Shown here: positions 1-10,658 of the stretch, one piece after another
Position numbering within the stretch: the stretch's first letter is position 1
Layout: each line of letters starts with the position of its first letter
NCBI GenBank assembly: GCA_041242255.1
Contig: JBESAV010000001.1
Coordinates: 192,001-256,000, forward strand
Reading direction: 5' to 3'
DNA length: 64,000 bases
From: Candidatus Altimarinota bacterium
Lineage (GTDB): Bacteria; Patescibacteriota; Gracilibacteria; UBA1369; GCA-2718715
Notes under the pieces: model-generated
The model's database searches: none
What the model was told of the DNA's origin: nothing
What the model saw: the letters and a program-made list of their open reading frames with translations, nothing else
Made by a program: the position numbers and the translations under genes

Positions 1-2
1 GC

Positions 3-59
3 TCTGAAGGAGAAAACGAATTAGATATCCCAGCCTTCATAAGAAAAAAACTAAAATAA
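3..59 (+). CDS. ftsZ: Cell division protein FtsZ, C-terminal end (partial)
   Basis: Frame from nt 3 reads SEGENELDIPAFIRKKLK*; DIPAF(I/L)RK is the conserved FtsZ C-terminal peptide. Confidence 0.85.
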   Translation, partial: SEGENELDIPAFIRKKLK

Positions 60-65
60 ACCAAT

Positions 66-98
66 AAAAAGCTTAATACTTTCAATTAAGCTTTTTTT
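66..98 (+). terminator. Intrinsic terminator after ftsZ
   Basis: aaaaagcttaat...attaagcttttttt inverted repeat with T-tract. Confidence 0.7.
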
Positions 99-119
99 GT
101 GTAAATATTTAAAAAAAGT

Positions 120-986
120 ATGGAAATATTCAACCCATTTAGAGATAAAGACTTCGCCGAATACCAACTAAAATCAGGCAAAGCAAAGCAAATAATAAAT
201 TTAGGTGAACAAATAGTCTACGTTTATCCCCTTTTTAAAGAATACACTATTTTATACACAACCAAAAAACACCATGCTCTAGCAGAATTAGCCAAAGAAC
301 ATAAAGCTATCTACACACTAATCGAATCAAATCATCAACAAACTTCACCAACCAAAACCCAAAAAAAAATTAAAGAAATCATACCTCGCCACACTACAGC
401 AATAGACCTAACTCAAAACGAAGAAAGTATACTCAAAAACATGCATCAAAAAGGGCGATATAATATCCGACTAGCCAAAAAGTATAGCCTTATCATACAA
501 GAATCTAAAGATATAAAAAGCTTCTACAACATCCTTAAAAAAACAGCAAAAAGAGACAACTTCCATATAAATCCTCTACATTTTTATGAGTCCATGCTCA
601 ACATTCTAGGACCAAAAAAGAAAGCCAAATTATTTTTAGCCTTTCACCCAGGTCACCCTGACACACCAATCGCAGGAATCCTAAATACGTATATAAAAAA
701 GACCGCTACATATTACTATGGAGCTTCAGATTATGATTTCAGAAAATTCATGGCCCCTTACCTACTCCAATGGCACGCGATTCAAGATGCAAAATCAAAC
801 GGATTCCACACCTATGACTTCTTAGGAATTGCCGATCCAACAAACCCAAAAGACCCACTCAATGGAGTCACAAGATTCAAAAATAAATTTGGAGGAGACC
901 ACATCCAATACACTAACGGAAAGATCATCCCACACAAAAAACTCCTCTACACACTCCTCAAACTCAAAAAACTAATTAGAGGATAA
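120..986 (+). CDS. FemABX-family peptidoglycan interpeptide-bridge aminoacyltransferase
   Basis: Motifs 'MHQKGRYNIRLAKK', 'YYYGAS', 'PYLLQWHAI', 'YDFLG', 'GVTRFKNKFGG'. Confidence 0.85.
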   Translation: MEIFNPFRDKDFAEYQLKSGKAKQIINLGEQIVYVYPLFKEYTILYTTKKHHALAELAKEHKAIYTLIESNHQQTSPTKTQKKIKEIIPRHTTAIDLTQNEESILKNMHQKGRYNIRLAKKYSLIIQESKDIKSFYNILKKTAKRDNFHINPLHFYESMLNILGPKKKAKLFLAFHPGHPDTPIAGILNTYIKKTATYYYGASDYDFRKFMAPYLLQWHAIQDAKSNGFHTYDFLGIADPTNPKDPLNGVTRFKNKFGGDHIQYTNGKIIPHKKLLYTLLKLKKLIRG

Positions 987-1469
987 TCACATCACCAAAC
1001 CATCAACAACCTTATCCACAAACAAAACACCATTCAAATGGTCTAGTTCATGCAAGAAAACCCTCGCATCTAAATCTCTCAAAGTCTGCTTAACCACTTC
1101 CCCATCCAAATCCTGGTACTCAACCTCTATCTCCCTAGAACGCAAAACATTCCCGTACTTACCTGGTAAACTCAAACAACCTTCTTCAGCAATTCCAACT
1201 TCTTCAGATTCTCTCAAGACCTTAGGGTTAACCACAACCACATCTCTCTCTGCTTTCGAACCGGCACCATAAGTAAAAATAAATATCCTAGCATCCACCC
1301 CAACCTGAGGCGCAGCTATTCCAATTCCTGGAGCCTTAGGATCATGCATTGTCTCTATCATTTCTTTAGCCAGCTTCTCTAACTCATTATCAAACTCAAC
1401 CACTGGAGCACAAACAGTCCTTAATATCTTTTCATTCTGACCTTTAACAACTCTAAGCATAAATAACAA
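987..1469 (-). CDS. def: Peptide deformylase
   Basis: GIGIAAPQVG, EGCLS and HELDH motifs. Confidence 0.95.
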   Translation of the reverse strand: MLFMLRVVKGQNEKILRTVCAPVVEFDNELEKLAKEMIETMHDPKAPGIGIAAPQVGVDARIFIFTYGAGSKAERDVVVVNPKVLRESEEVGIAEEGCLSLPGKYGNVLRSREIEVEYQDLDGEVVKQTLRDLDARVFLHELDHLNGVLFVDKVVDGLVM

Positions 1470-4028
1470 TTATTTAACTTTTGCTACCTTAGCCTTAAGA
1501 CGTTTCTGGGCATCATAACTAAGATCTGCAAAATACTCTCTTAAAATATCATGAAATTTCTTATCATGAAAAACAATATGAAAGTGGTTATCGTGATTTA
1601 TAATCGAAACCTTACCTTCAGAAGCATATTCAGCTATAATCATTTCCACAATTTTTTTCTCAGATTCTTCAAAATTTGCCTCTCTAAGATCAAACGCCTG
1701 CCCATACAAATGAAAACTTCTTTCAACTGAATCCTGAGCTTTTTGCGCTTCTACATCTCTAAAAGTAGAGGTTATCTGTAAATGCTTACCAGTACTTTCA
1801 TAAACTCGTCTAGATATCTCGGCATACAAAGGGAGATACTTTTTCCATATATACATTCTATTCCGATCATCAATCTCGTAATACTTATCACTATTTATGC
1901 CTTTATTTAGATGTCTACCATTCTTATAGAATCTAATTTGATCATCTAAACCAACACTCTTAGTCGTTCCTTTAACAGCTAAACGAATATATCTATAATC
2001 CTCTCCTACTAGTGCTTTAATCTCTTCCTTATCATCCAAAAAATGCAAGACTTTATCCTTATAGTAAGTCTCATAACTTCTTTGTGAGAACAATGGACCA
2101 TTACCATATAGTTTTGTACCCTTAAGATTATTCTCCAATGATTTTCTTTTATAATAATAATAATTATACGGAGCTCCAAAACTGTCATCCAATTCAAACT
2201 CACCAAACTTATTTCGTGTCGCCTCAATTTTCAGATAATACCAAAGTCCATCCAAACCAAAACTTGCATTTGCAAACTTCTTAGAATATTTCTTATCTCT
2301 TTCATTAAACGCTTTTCTCTGCTCTTTAGTCGCTCTTGACAATAAATAAACTTTTCCAATCAAATGATTCGCAAACTCAGGCTTAATATTTGCCACTTTT
2401 CTTTTCCCTCCTTCATAATACTTTTCATCAAATTTCTCTTCATTATGATTCAGTAAAAAATAATCAACTAAGTTACTTCCCGAAACATTACCCTGATTGT
2501 ATGAAGTTAACAATATAGGAACAAATACATTTCTAAATGCATTTTCCGACCCATAAAAAATCTTTTGATTTTTCTCACTCGCAATCCGAGGAATCACCAA
2601 ATCATAGAAAGTCATCATTTCAATAATATCCCTAGAACCTACTGTACCTTTATAATCATTGTAATGCTTAGTTCTTAATGAACTAGATTTAATTTTTTTT
2701 GCAATATCAGTACTCGCAGGCTCTGTTATCTGAGCTATACCTCTAGCACCTGCACTACTAACCCTACCATCCTTGAAACTACTTTCCTGAGCTATCTGAG
2801 CTATCACCAAATCATAAAACTCATCTTCTAACCCATATTTTTTAATAGCTTTAACTAAATCACTACCTGACATCACCTCAAGATATGAATCATATCCCAA
2901 ACGCATATCTCTAGCATACAACTCTTCATATCTTCGAAATACGTCTTCTGGAGTATCTACCATGTACTCTTTATTCCAACTAACCTGAGATCTAAACATT
3001 GAGTTAGCCAAAGTAATAGACGACTCATTGTACTCTAATGTAAATCCATCTTTACCAGCTCTAAACTTATCATGAATAGCCTGAGTCTTCACAGCATTTG
3101 ATTTACCTTTATAAACAGTTTCACCAATCATTTTAAGATCATCATTTATATCAAAATACTTGAACTTAACCTGCCCTTTCTCATGACTATCCCAAAGATC
3201 AATCAACTCTTTACTTAAATCAGTCATTTCAACATCAGACTCTACTTTATCTTCAACTTTTTGTTGTATCTCTTTACTAGAACCTTCATCAATCTCAACT
3301 GACTGATCCATTTCTTTACTCATATCAGATACCTCTTCATTTTCTTCTATTCTGATCGCTTTAAAATTCTTTCTTTCACCTCCACTCTCTACACTTTCCA
3401 CAAACTCAAAACCATCCAAAAGCGACCCATCTTCATTACGTAAACCAGAGAAAACCAAATCACTCTCACTCCATTTATCTTTTGTATCTAAATAAGCAGA
3501 ATCAATTGGCTTAACAGCTCCACTCTTACTGTAGTACCCTTTGTACATAACCAGCCTTCCATCGCGCAAAAAACAACATTCAGCCGTCACAGTCTCTTCT
3601 GTACTCCAATTATCTTTTCCTAGCAACTCATCTCTCAAAGCAGGCACAACCTTATAATTTTTTCGCTCTTCTCCATCAGTCACTTCATCTAAAAAACGAA
3701 AACCTTTTTTAGGATCCCCATCTATAAGCAAACCTACTCTCTCAGCTTCTTCTTTCGTCCAAGTATCCTCATTCTCTAAATATTCAAGATAGGTAGCATA
3801 TTCTTCATTCCGCATAATTGCTTCAGGAGATTTATCTGACTTAGACATAACATCAACTACCTTTCTTAAAACCTCATTTTCACCCCCTATCTCTACTCCT
3901 GAATCTTTACAACCAACTTGAGATAAATAAGTTAAAAAAACACCAGAAACCAACAACAATCTAAACAAATCAAAATTCACAAAATTAACTCTACTATCAA
4001 CGCCTTCTATTTTTCTATAATTAAACAA
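1470..4028 (-). CDS. Large exported protein with lytic transglycosylase (SLT) domain and C-terminal M15-like metallopeptidase domain
   Basis: 'QIAQESSF...SSAGARGIAQIT' and 'SYNQG' (SLT); 'ITSTFRD...SFHLYGQAFD...HFHI' (M15 H-x6-D...HxH); N-terminal hydrophobic stretch ending VGC; start codon uncertain. Confidence 0.7.
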   Translation of the reverse strand: MFNYRKIEGVDSRVNFVNFDLFRLLLVSGVFLTYLSQVGCKDSGVEIGGENEVLRKVVDVMSKSDKSPEAIMRNEEYATYLEYLENEDTWTKEEAERVGLLIDGDPKKGFRFLDEVTDGEERKNYKVVPALRDELLGKDNWSTEETVTAECCFLRDGRLVMYKGYYSKSGAVKPIDSAYLDTKDKWSESDLVFSGLRNEDGSLLDGFEFVESVESGGERKNFKAIRIEENEEVSDMSKEMDQSVEIDEGSSKEIQQKVEDKVESDVEMTDLSKELIDLWDSHEKGQVKFKYFDINDDLKMIGETVYKGKSNAVKTQAIHDKFRAGKDGFTLEYNESSITLANSMFRSQVSWNKEYMVDTPEDVFRRYEELYARDMRLGYDSYLEVMSGSDLVKAIKKYGLEDEFYDLVIAQIAQESSFKDGRVSSAGARGIAQITEPASTDIAKKIKSSSLRTKHYNDYKGTVGSRDIIEMMTFYDLVIPRIASEKNQKIFYGSENAFRNVFVPILLTSYNQGNVSGSNLVDYFLLNHNEEKFDEKYYEGGKRKVANIKPEFANHLIGKVYLLSRATKEQRKAFNERDKKYSKKFANASFGLDGLWYYLKIEATRNKFGEFELDDSFGAPYNYYYYKRKSLENNLKGTKLYGNGPLFSQRSYETYYKDKVLHFLDDKEEIKALVGEDYRYIRLAVKGTTKSVGLDDQIRFYKNGRHLNKGINSDKYYEIDDRNRMYIWKKYLPLYAEISRRVYESTGKHLQITSTFRDVEAQKAQDSVERSFHLYGQAFDLREANFEESEKKIVEMIIAEYASEGKVSIINHDNHFHIVFHDKKFHDILREYFADLSYDAQKRLKAKVAKVK

Positions 4029-4087
4029 AACTCCCTAATTAAATGTAGGGAGTATCATAAAATCTAACCCTACTTTTGTCAAACTAA

Positions 4088-5608
4088 TTACTCATCACCT
4101 TCTTCAACTTCAAACCCTCCAACCAATTGGTTACCACCAAGGTCTTCTTCAGGCATTTTTGACATTCCTCCCTCAGCATCACCACCCATATCATCTTGTG
4201 GCATTTCTGACATTCCTCCTTCAGAAGGACTTCCCATATCTTTCTCTTCAGGAGCAGAGGTACTAAAAGCGTTCTTCACATAATTTTTAGCAGTTTCAAA
4301 CACGGATCCGTTAGTAGCAGCTTCGACACCTTCTTGTACTCCACTTTTTGCAGCTTCAACTGCAGCCTTTGGATCAACTTTTATAGCATCCATAATTGCT
4401 TCTACCTGAAAGTCTTGTTCACCCTCCTTTAGAAGAGATTTAATTTTATCTTCATTTCCTTCTAAAACTTCTGCAAAAGCTTCTGCATCACCATTGTAAT
4501 GCACAAACCTTTCTAAAATAACACCTCTCAACTCTTGTTTCTGCTCAGAGGTTAAATTATCAAGATTATTCAAACCTTCATTCATTTCAGCACTCAAGTC
4601 TGCTTCTTTCTCATACCAAGCATCATCATTTTCAACTGCCTTCTTAGGAGTTGATTTTGGTCTATCGATATAGTTTCTAATGTTCTTGAATTGTTTATAT
4701 TTTGAAACAGCTTCAGTACCTGTTACACGATCTATAATAGTCCCTTCTTTATAATCTTTTTTCAATCTCTCAAAGGTATTAGGGCCAAATTTACCATCAA
4801 CTTTAAGCTCTTTTATCTGTTGGTAAGCTGCGATAATGTAAGCTACATCTCTAGTTGTGAACTTATTAATTGTATCCAATAATGGTTTTGGTGACTTTAA
4901 GCCATAAGAAGTAGATTCAACTAATTCTTTTAAAGCAATCTGTAAAAGAATTTGATCACCTTCAAAGGTAGCCAATGGATCTTCTAAATTAGAAGAACAA
5001 TAAACAAACCTCATTGATTCAGCTCTATTCAAATGATCTGTACCAACATTTATTTCATAATCTTGTTCAAGCTTAGCCTCTAACTGCTGCATATAATTAC
5101 GACGTGCAACATCTGGATCCTCTAAAACAACCTCAACTTGCTCAACAGGCTCCTCTTTCTTCTCAGGAGCTTTTTCTACTGGCTTCTCAGTTCGATCAGC
5201 CTTCTCTAGCGCAACTGTAGAAGTAAACATCAATGCTGCCTGATCCAATCCTTTAGCAGCATCTAAGATAGCTAGCCTATCTTTTTTACCAATCGCTTCT
5301 CGTAACTGACCAAGATATATACCATAAAGATCAGCTTTTTCTCTATTAGTTCCCAGTGATCTCATTTTTTTCAAAGCACCCCTAGCCAATGAGTACATCC
5401 CGTTAGCATTTTCAGGAATACCAAAATCAATCGCCTCTACGTTATTAGTATAAGACTCATGCATAACATCCATATCTGTCATGATTGCTTCCACAACTTT
5501 TCTCTCTTCCTCAGGCATCTTTGGCAAGTTAGTCGCCAAACTGTCCTTCAATTGATCATTAGCGGCCTTTACTTCGTTAGAGCCACCAAATCTTTCTCTT
5601 CCAGCCAT
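4088..5608 (-). CDS. Acidic hypothetical protein with a peptidoglycan-binding-like motif
   Basis: 'IAAYQQIKELKVDGKFGPNTFERL' resembles PG_binding_1; short C-terminal EGGMS repeats. Confidence 0.55.
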   Translation of the reverse strand: MAGRERFGGSNEVKAANDQLKDSLATNLPKMPEEERKVVEAIMTDMDVMHESYTNNVEAIDFGIPENANGMYSLARGALKKMRSLGTNREKADLYGIYLGQLREAIGKKDRLAILDAAKGLDQAALMFTSTVALEKADRTEKPVEKAPEKKEEPVEQVEVVLEDPDVARRNYMQQLEAKLEQDYEINVGTDHLNRAESMRFVYCSSNLEDPLATFEGDQILLQIALKELVESTSYGLKSPKPLLDTINKFTTRDVAYIIAAYQQIKELKVDGKFGPNTFERLKKDYKEGTIIDRVTGTEAVSKYKQFKNIRNYIDRPKSTPKKAVENDDAWYEKEADLSAEMNEGLNNLDNLTSEQKQELRGVILERFVHYNGDAEAFAEVLEGNEDKIKSLLKEGEQDFQVEAIMDAIKVDPKAAVEAAKSGVQEGVEAATNGSVFETAKNYVKNAFSTSAPEEKDMGSPSEGGMSEMPQDDMGGDAEGGMSKMPEEDLGGNQLVGGFEVEEGDE

Positions 5609-5663
5609 AATAATTTTTTAAATATTCCACTTATAATAGCATATCTTCATAATCATTACAACT

Positions 5664-6764
5664 CTACACACCTCCCTCAACTTCTGCCTCAATAAAACCA
5701 TGAATATTTCCTTCAAAAACTGAGTCAGGATTTGATTCACTATAATCAGTTCTATGATCCTTAACCATCTTATATGGATGTAACACATATGACCTAATCT
5801 GATGCCCAAAACTCATATCATTCTTATCCCCACGCAACCCATCAACTGTCTCCATATTTCTATCATGCATCAGCTTCACAAGCTTAGACTGAAGCATACT
5901 CATCGCATTCTCCTTATTTTGATGCTGACTTCTTTCTGTTTGCGATGAAGCCACTATACCAGTTAGCACATGCGTAATCCTCACTGCCGAATCAGTTGTG
6001 TTCACATGTTGACCACCAGCTCCAGACGCCCTGAAAGTATCAACCCTCAAGTCACTCTCATCTATCTCCACATGATCCGACAACACAAGCTCAGGTAAAA
6101 CATCAACCATTGCAAATGAAGTTTCTCTAGTGTTCCCAGAGTTGAAAGGAGAAAGTCTTACCAACCTATGCAGGCCATGCTCATATTTCAAAAATCCATA
6201 TGCAAACGGACCTTTTATCTTCATAGAAACATTCTTCATACCACTATCAGTTGGATTCTCCTCGATCAACTCAACTTTGAAGCCTTGTTTCTCAGCATAT
6301 TTCATATACATACGTGCAAGCATACCGGTAAAATCCTGTGCATCATCCCCTCCCATTCCACAGATAACAGATAAAATCACATTTTTCTTATCAAATTTAC
6401 CAGACAAGAAATTCTCAATATTTAACTTTTTAAAATCTTTAAAAACTTTGTTATAAAACTCTTCAAACTCTACATGTTCATCAGAAGAAGGCTTTTCAAA
6501 GTCCAACTCCTCAACCAACTCCAACAAATACTTACAATCCTCCAGCACTTTCTCCCACCCATCAACATTCTTTTCTATATGTGAAACTTCAGTAGAAACC
6601 TCAGCAGCATGATCTGGATTATCCCAAAAACCAGGCTTTAACATCTCTTTCTCAAGCTCAGATTTTTTATCTCTTAGTTTATCTAGATCAACACTTTCAA
6701 TACCCCTTTCAATCTGCTCCAACAAGCTTTCTAGCTCTTTTTTATACTCAATCATCATTAACAA
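5664..6764 (-). CDS. prfB: Peptide chain release factor 2
   Basis: SPF tripeptide (RLSPFN), GAGGQHVN, QIRSYVLHPY; continuous ORF; true start probably one of the ATGs a few codons downstream. Confidence 0.95.
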   Translation of the reverse strand: MLMMIEYKKELESLLEQIERGIESVDLDKLRDKKSELEKEMLKPGFWDNPDHAAEVSTEVSHIEKNVDGWEKVLEDCKYLLELVEELDFEKPSSDEHVEFEEFYNKVFKDFKKLNIENFLSGKFDKKNVILSVICGMGGDDAQDFTGMLARMYMKYAEKQGFKVELIEENPTDSGMKNVSMKIKGPFAYGFLKYEHGLHRLVRLSPFNSGNTRETSFAMVDVLPELVLSDHVEIDESDLRVDTFRASGAGGQHVNTTDSAVRITHVLTGIVASSQTERSQHQNKENAMSMLQSKLVKLMHDRNMETVDGLRGDKNDMSFGHQIRSYVLHPYKMVKDHRTDYSESNPDSVFEGNIHGFIEAEVEGGV

Positions 6765-6871
6765 TAAATATTACAATTATTCTAACAGAAATAATTTCAA
6801 CAAACCAAATCTCAATTTCATCTCCCCAAATCAAGCCACATACTATACTATGCAAACACTTAAAAAAGCCT

Positions 6872-8482
6872 ATGAGCCTAACCAAAAAAATCCTAAGCAA
6901 TACTCTCTGGCAAGTCATCGGTAGATTAGTAACAGCATTCCTAGGAGTTCTCTCCATTAAACTAATCACCAACTACCTCCCAACTGACCTATACGGTCAA
7001 TACACCACTCTTTTTGAATACATAGGGTTCTTTGCTATCGCAGCTGACTTTGGCTTATACACAATAGGTGTTCGAGAAATGTCCAAAAAAGACCAGCCCA
7101 CCGATTACATTCTTGGAAATTTAATATCTCTAAGACTTCTGCTCATCTTCCTATGTCTTGGAACAGCCTTGATAGTAACTCCATTTATTCCAAACTACAG
7201 CGGAACACTAGTTCAAAAAGGGCTATGGATAGTTGCCCTGGGAACCGGACTAAATCTGCTCAGCGGAATCCTCACCTCAGTCCTCCAGTTCAAAATGCAA
7301 ATGCTTTACGCAAACATTAGTCTAATCATAGGAAAACTATCAGGCTTTGGTTTTATTGCTTACGTAATTCTCAAACTCAACCCAACAGACCTAGAAACAG
7401 GCTTTAACCTTCTTTTATTAGGATCAATCATAACCAATCTAGTTCTTCTTATCCTAACCATCTTCTTCACTCAAAAACTAATCAAAATACGCCCTCAAGT
7501 CGACCGTAAATATATAGTAAAAATTGTAAAAAACTCGCTACCATACGGACTTTCCATCATATTAAGTACAATGTATTTCAAAATAGATATCATTCTACTA
7601 AGTCAACTAACCAACTACCACCAAACAGGTATTTACGGTGTTCCCCTAAAAGTAATGGAAATCATATCTGTCATCCCTGTTTTCTTCATGAACGCCTCAC
7701 TTCCAGCTCTAACCGAAAACTTCCACCAAAACAAACTCAAATACAAACAAATCGCCCAAAAATGTATCACTTTCCTTCTACTGCTCGGATTGCCAATTGT
7801 CGCAGGAGGATACATATTAGCCCAACCAATAACCTATGCTATCTCCAGTCCTCAATTCCTCTCTGGATTCCACTGTAACAACAACATTCAATACACCTAC
7901 GAAACTCCTACCGAAGCCTACAGTAAATGTAACCTCATACAATTTTCTGAGAAATTCAATTGGGAAGGGCTCAAAACAACCGAAACCTACACTTACTTCC
8001 CGGGATCAGACCTTGCCTTACAGATTATTATCTTTGCAATCCTTTTCAACTTTATAAACACATTCATAAACTTCTCCTTTATTACAATCGAAAAACAACA
8101 TCTACTCCTTTACATCAACAGCTCAGGTATAATCTTCAACATAATCACCAACCTCATCTTCATACCAAAATACGGCTTCATTGCCGCAGCTGCTACAACT
8201 ATCCTATCCGAAATCCTTATCCTAATTATTGGTTATTCAATACTCAGAAAACACAACGAAGTTAACTTTGCTCCACTAGACATCATAACCAAAATATTTC
8301 TCTCAACTTCCATAATGACATTAATCATCCTTCTGTTTAAACCTTTCACACAACAACTATTCGGATATAATAATATCCTCTTACTAATACCAATAGGTAT
8401 GATAACTTACGCTATCTCAATCATCGCTTTCAAAATAATACCAATTCAAGAGGTTCAAAAGTACATAACTCGCAAATCATGA
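6872..8482 (+). CDS. MOP-superfamily (Wzx-like) flippase
   Basis: Many TM segments; 'KKILSNTLWQ', 'YGQY', 'ADFGL', 'IPKYGFIAAA'. Confidence 0.85.
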   Translation: MSLTKKILSNTLWQVIGRLVTAFLGVLSIKLITNYLPTDLYGQYTTLFEYIGFFAIAADFGLYTIGVREMSKKDQPTDYILGNLISLRLLLIFLCLGTALIVTPFIPNYSGTLVQKGLWIVALGTGLNLLSGILTSVLQFKMQMLYANISLIIGKLSGFGFIAYVILKLNPTDLETGFNLLLLGSIITNLVLLILTIFFTQKLIKIRPQVDRKYIVKIVKNSLPYGLSIILSTMYFKIDIILLSQLTNYHQTGIYGVPLKVMEIISVIPVFFMNASLPALTENFHQNKLKYKQIAQKCITFLLLLGLPIVAGGYILAQPITYAISSPQFLSGFHCNNNIQYTYETPTEAYSKCNLIQFSEKFNWEGLKTTETYTYFPGSDLALQIIIFAILFNFINTFINFSFITIEKQHLLLYINSSGIIFNIITNLIFIPKYGFIAAAATTILSEILILIIGYSILRKHNEVNFAPLDIITKIFLSTSIMTLIILLFKPFTQQLFGYNNILLLIPIGMITYAISIIAFKIIPIQEVQKYITRKS

Positions 8483-9927
8483 AAAACAACCCAGAAAAAA
8501 TCATTCAAAAACTAAAAAACTCAAAAGTACACGTCATCGGAGTAGCTGGAATCGAAGGATCTGAAATCGCATTATTTCTAAACCAAATAGAGGCCGACCC
8601 CTCAAATATTACCCTTCATCAACTAACACCAGAAAAATCATTCAAAGAAAACTTCTTCAAATACAACCAAGCCTTCTCTCAAGATGAACTAGAACAAAGG
8701 TACAAAACACTCTTAAACTCAAACTTCACTTTCAGATTTGATAAAGATTACCTAAAGGATATAGAAGAAGCAGATATTATTTTTGCACCTCAATCATTGT
8801 TTATGCACGATAGCAACAAACCACTTCTAGAGCTCCAAGACAAACTCAACACAATCACCAACCTTTACTTCCAACTCATCCCCTGCCCTATCATCGCAGT
8901 AACTGGATCCAACGGGAAATCAACAACCACACAACTTATTTACAAAATTATAAATAACTCTTCCAAACACAAGGCTTGGATAACAGGAAACGATAGATCC
9001 ACCAAATCACTCCTTTTAAAGCTAGACCAAATAAAACCAGAGGATTACGTTGTAACCGAAGTCTCAAACCGCCAACTGAACTTCCTAAAAGATCACAAAC
9101 CATTCATCTCAGTCATTACCAACATTACAGAAAACCACCTTACTGAGTACGATTCTTTCCAAGAGTACATAGACACCAAACTCAAACTTTTCAAAAACCA
9201 ATCCCAAGACGATCACTTAATCATCAACATAGACAACCCAATCCTCAATGGCTTAGACCTCCAATCCATCAAACCTCAAACTCACACAGTTTCACTACAT
9301 TCCGAAGAGGCAGAAGCCAACATTCAAGAAGACTCTTTTGCTTATCAAAACAACAAAATACTCCCAGTAGAACAACTCAATATCCCAGGACCACACAACC
9401 AACTAAACACTCTCCAAGCAATAATGGTAGCCAAAATCCTAGATATACCTGAACCTGAAATAATTAAAACTCTTCAAGAGTTCCATGGCCTTAAAGATCG
9501 CTGTGAAATAGTCCATAAATACCAAAACATTACTTTTATAAACGATAGACAAGGAACCTCAGTGGACTCTACCATCCAAGCTCTCAAAGGCTTACCAAAA
9601 CCACTAATTCTTATATTTGGAGGAAAAAACAAAAGCATGCCCATCCAAAAACTTGCTCAACTAATGCTAAGCTCCAATCAAATCAACATAGGTATAAAAA
9701 GCCCTTTTGTAGATGAACTTAAACCACTACTAAACCAAAACTTACAAAAAGTAGACACAATGACTGATGCAATCAAAACAAGCGTTAAACTTGCACAAGA
9801 AAACTATACAGGCCAAGAAGTAACAGTTCTATTTTCTCCAGCTTGTGAGTATGGACCATACTTTTCACCTCTTCCAGGCTACGATGACTCAGAAAAATTC
9901 AACCAAATAGTTAAAACTTACCAATGA
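8479..9927 (+). CDS. MurD-like Mur ligase (divergent)
   Basis: 'AVTGSNGKSTT' P-loop, 'EVSNRQL', 'NITENHL', 'GPHNQLN', 'VLFSPAC'; ATGA overlap with flippase. Confidence 0.8.
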   Translation: MKNNPEKIIQKLKNSKVHVIGVAGIEGSEIALFLNQIEADPSNITLHQLTPEKSFKENFFKYNQAFSQDELEQRYKTLLNSNFTFRFDKDYLKDIEEADIIFAPQSLFMHDSNKPLLELQDKLNTITNLYFQLIPCPIIAVTGSNGKSTTTQLIYKIINNSSKHKAWITGNDRSTKSLLLKLDQIKPEDYVVTEVSNRQLNFLKDHKPFISVITNITENHLTEYDSFQEYIDTKLKLFKNQSQDDHLIINIDNPILNGLDLQSIKPQTHTVSLHSEEAEANIQEDSFAYQNNKILPVEQLNIPGPHNQLNTLQAIMVAKILDIPEPEIIKTLQEFHGLKDRCEIVHKYQNITFINDRQGTSVDSTIQALKGLPKPLILIFGGKNKSMPIQKLAQLMLSSNQINIGIKSPFVDELKPLLNQNLQKVDTMTDAIKTSVKLAQENYTGQEVTVLFSPACEYGPYFSPLPGYDDSEKFNQIVKTYQ

Positions 9928-10658
9928 AACCATTTATAATCATCCAACTTCGTCCAGAAGATGAAACTTCAGACAGCGAATACAACTGCTTTCTTACAAA
10001 AGGAAACCTCAAACCTGAAGAAACCTTCAGAATAAGAGCTGAACAAAATGGCTTACCAGACATAGACCTTAATAACTATTCAGGAATATTAGTAGGAGGA
10101 AGCCCTTTCGACATTACTACTCCAGAAGATGAAAAGTCAGCTATCCAAAAACAAATTGAATCAGATTTCCAAAAACTCTTAAATAAAGTTATCGAAAAAG
10201 ACTTCCCATTCTTAGGATGTTGTTCGGGAAATGGACTTCTTGGTAACCACTGTGGTGGAAAAATATCCAGAAAATACCCTGAGCCAGTTCAAGCTGTAAC
10301 ACTAACCCTAACACCTGAGGCTAAAAAAGACGATCTCCTAAAAGATCTCCCAGAAAACTTTAGAGGACTAGTTGGACACAAAGAGTGCTGCGAAATACTG
10401 CCTCCAAATGCAGTACACCTTGCATCCTCAGAGACCTGCCCTATCCAAATGTTCAAAATAAAAAACAACATATACGCCACCCAATTCCACCCAGAAGCTG
10501 ACCCTCAAGAGTTCGAACTCAGGATAAATATATACAAAAACCACGGCTACTTCCCTGCAGACCAAGCAGAAGAACTAATTAACGCAGTTAAAGGCGAACA
10601 AATTATCTACACACAAAAAATACTCGAAAACTTTATAAATAAGTACAAAGCACAATAA
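9924..10658 (+). CDS. Class I glutamine amidotransferase-like protein
   Basis: 'PFLGCCSG' nucleophile elbow and 'QFHPE'; ATGA overlap with the Mur ligase. Confidence 0.85.
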   Translation: MKPFIIIQLRPEDETSDSEYNCFLTKGNLKPEETFRIRAEQNGLPDIDLNNYSGILVGGSPFDITTPEDEKSAIQKQIESDFQKLLNKVIEKDFPFLGCCSGNGLLGNHCGGKISRKYPEPVQAVTLTLTPEAKKDDLLKDLPENFRGLVGHKECCEILPPNAVHLASSETCPIQMFKIKNNIYATQFHPEADPQEFELRINIYKNHGYFPADQAEELINAVKGEQIIYTQKILENFINKYKAQ

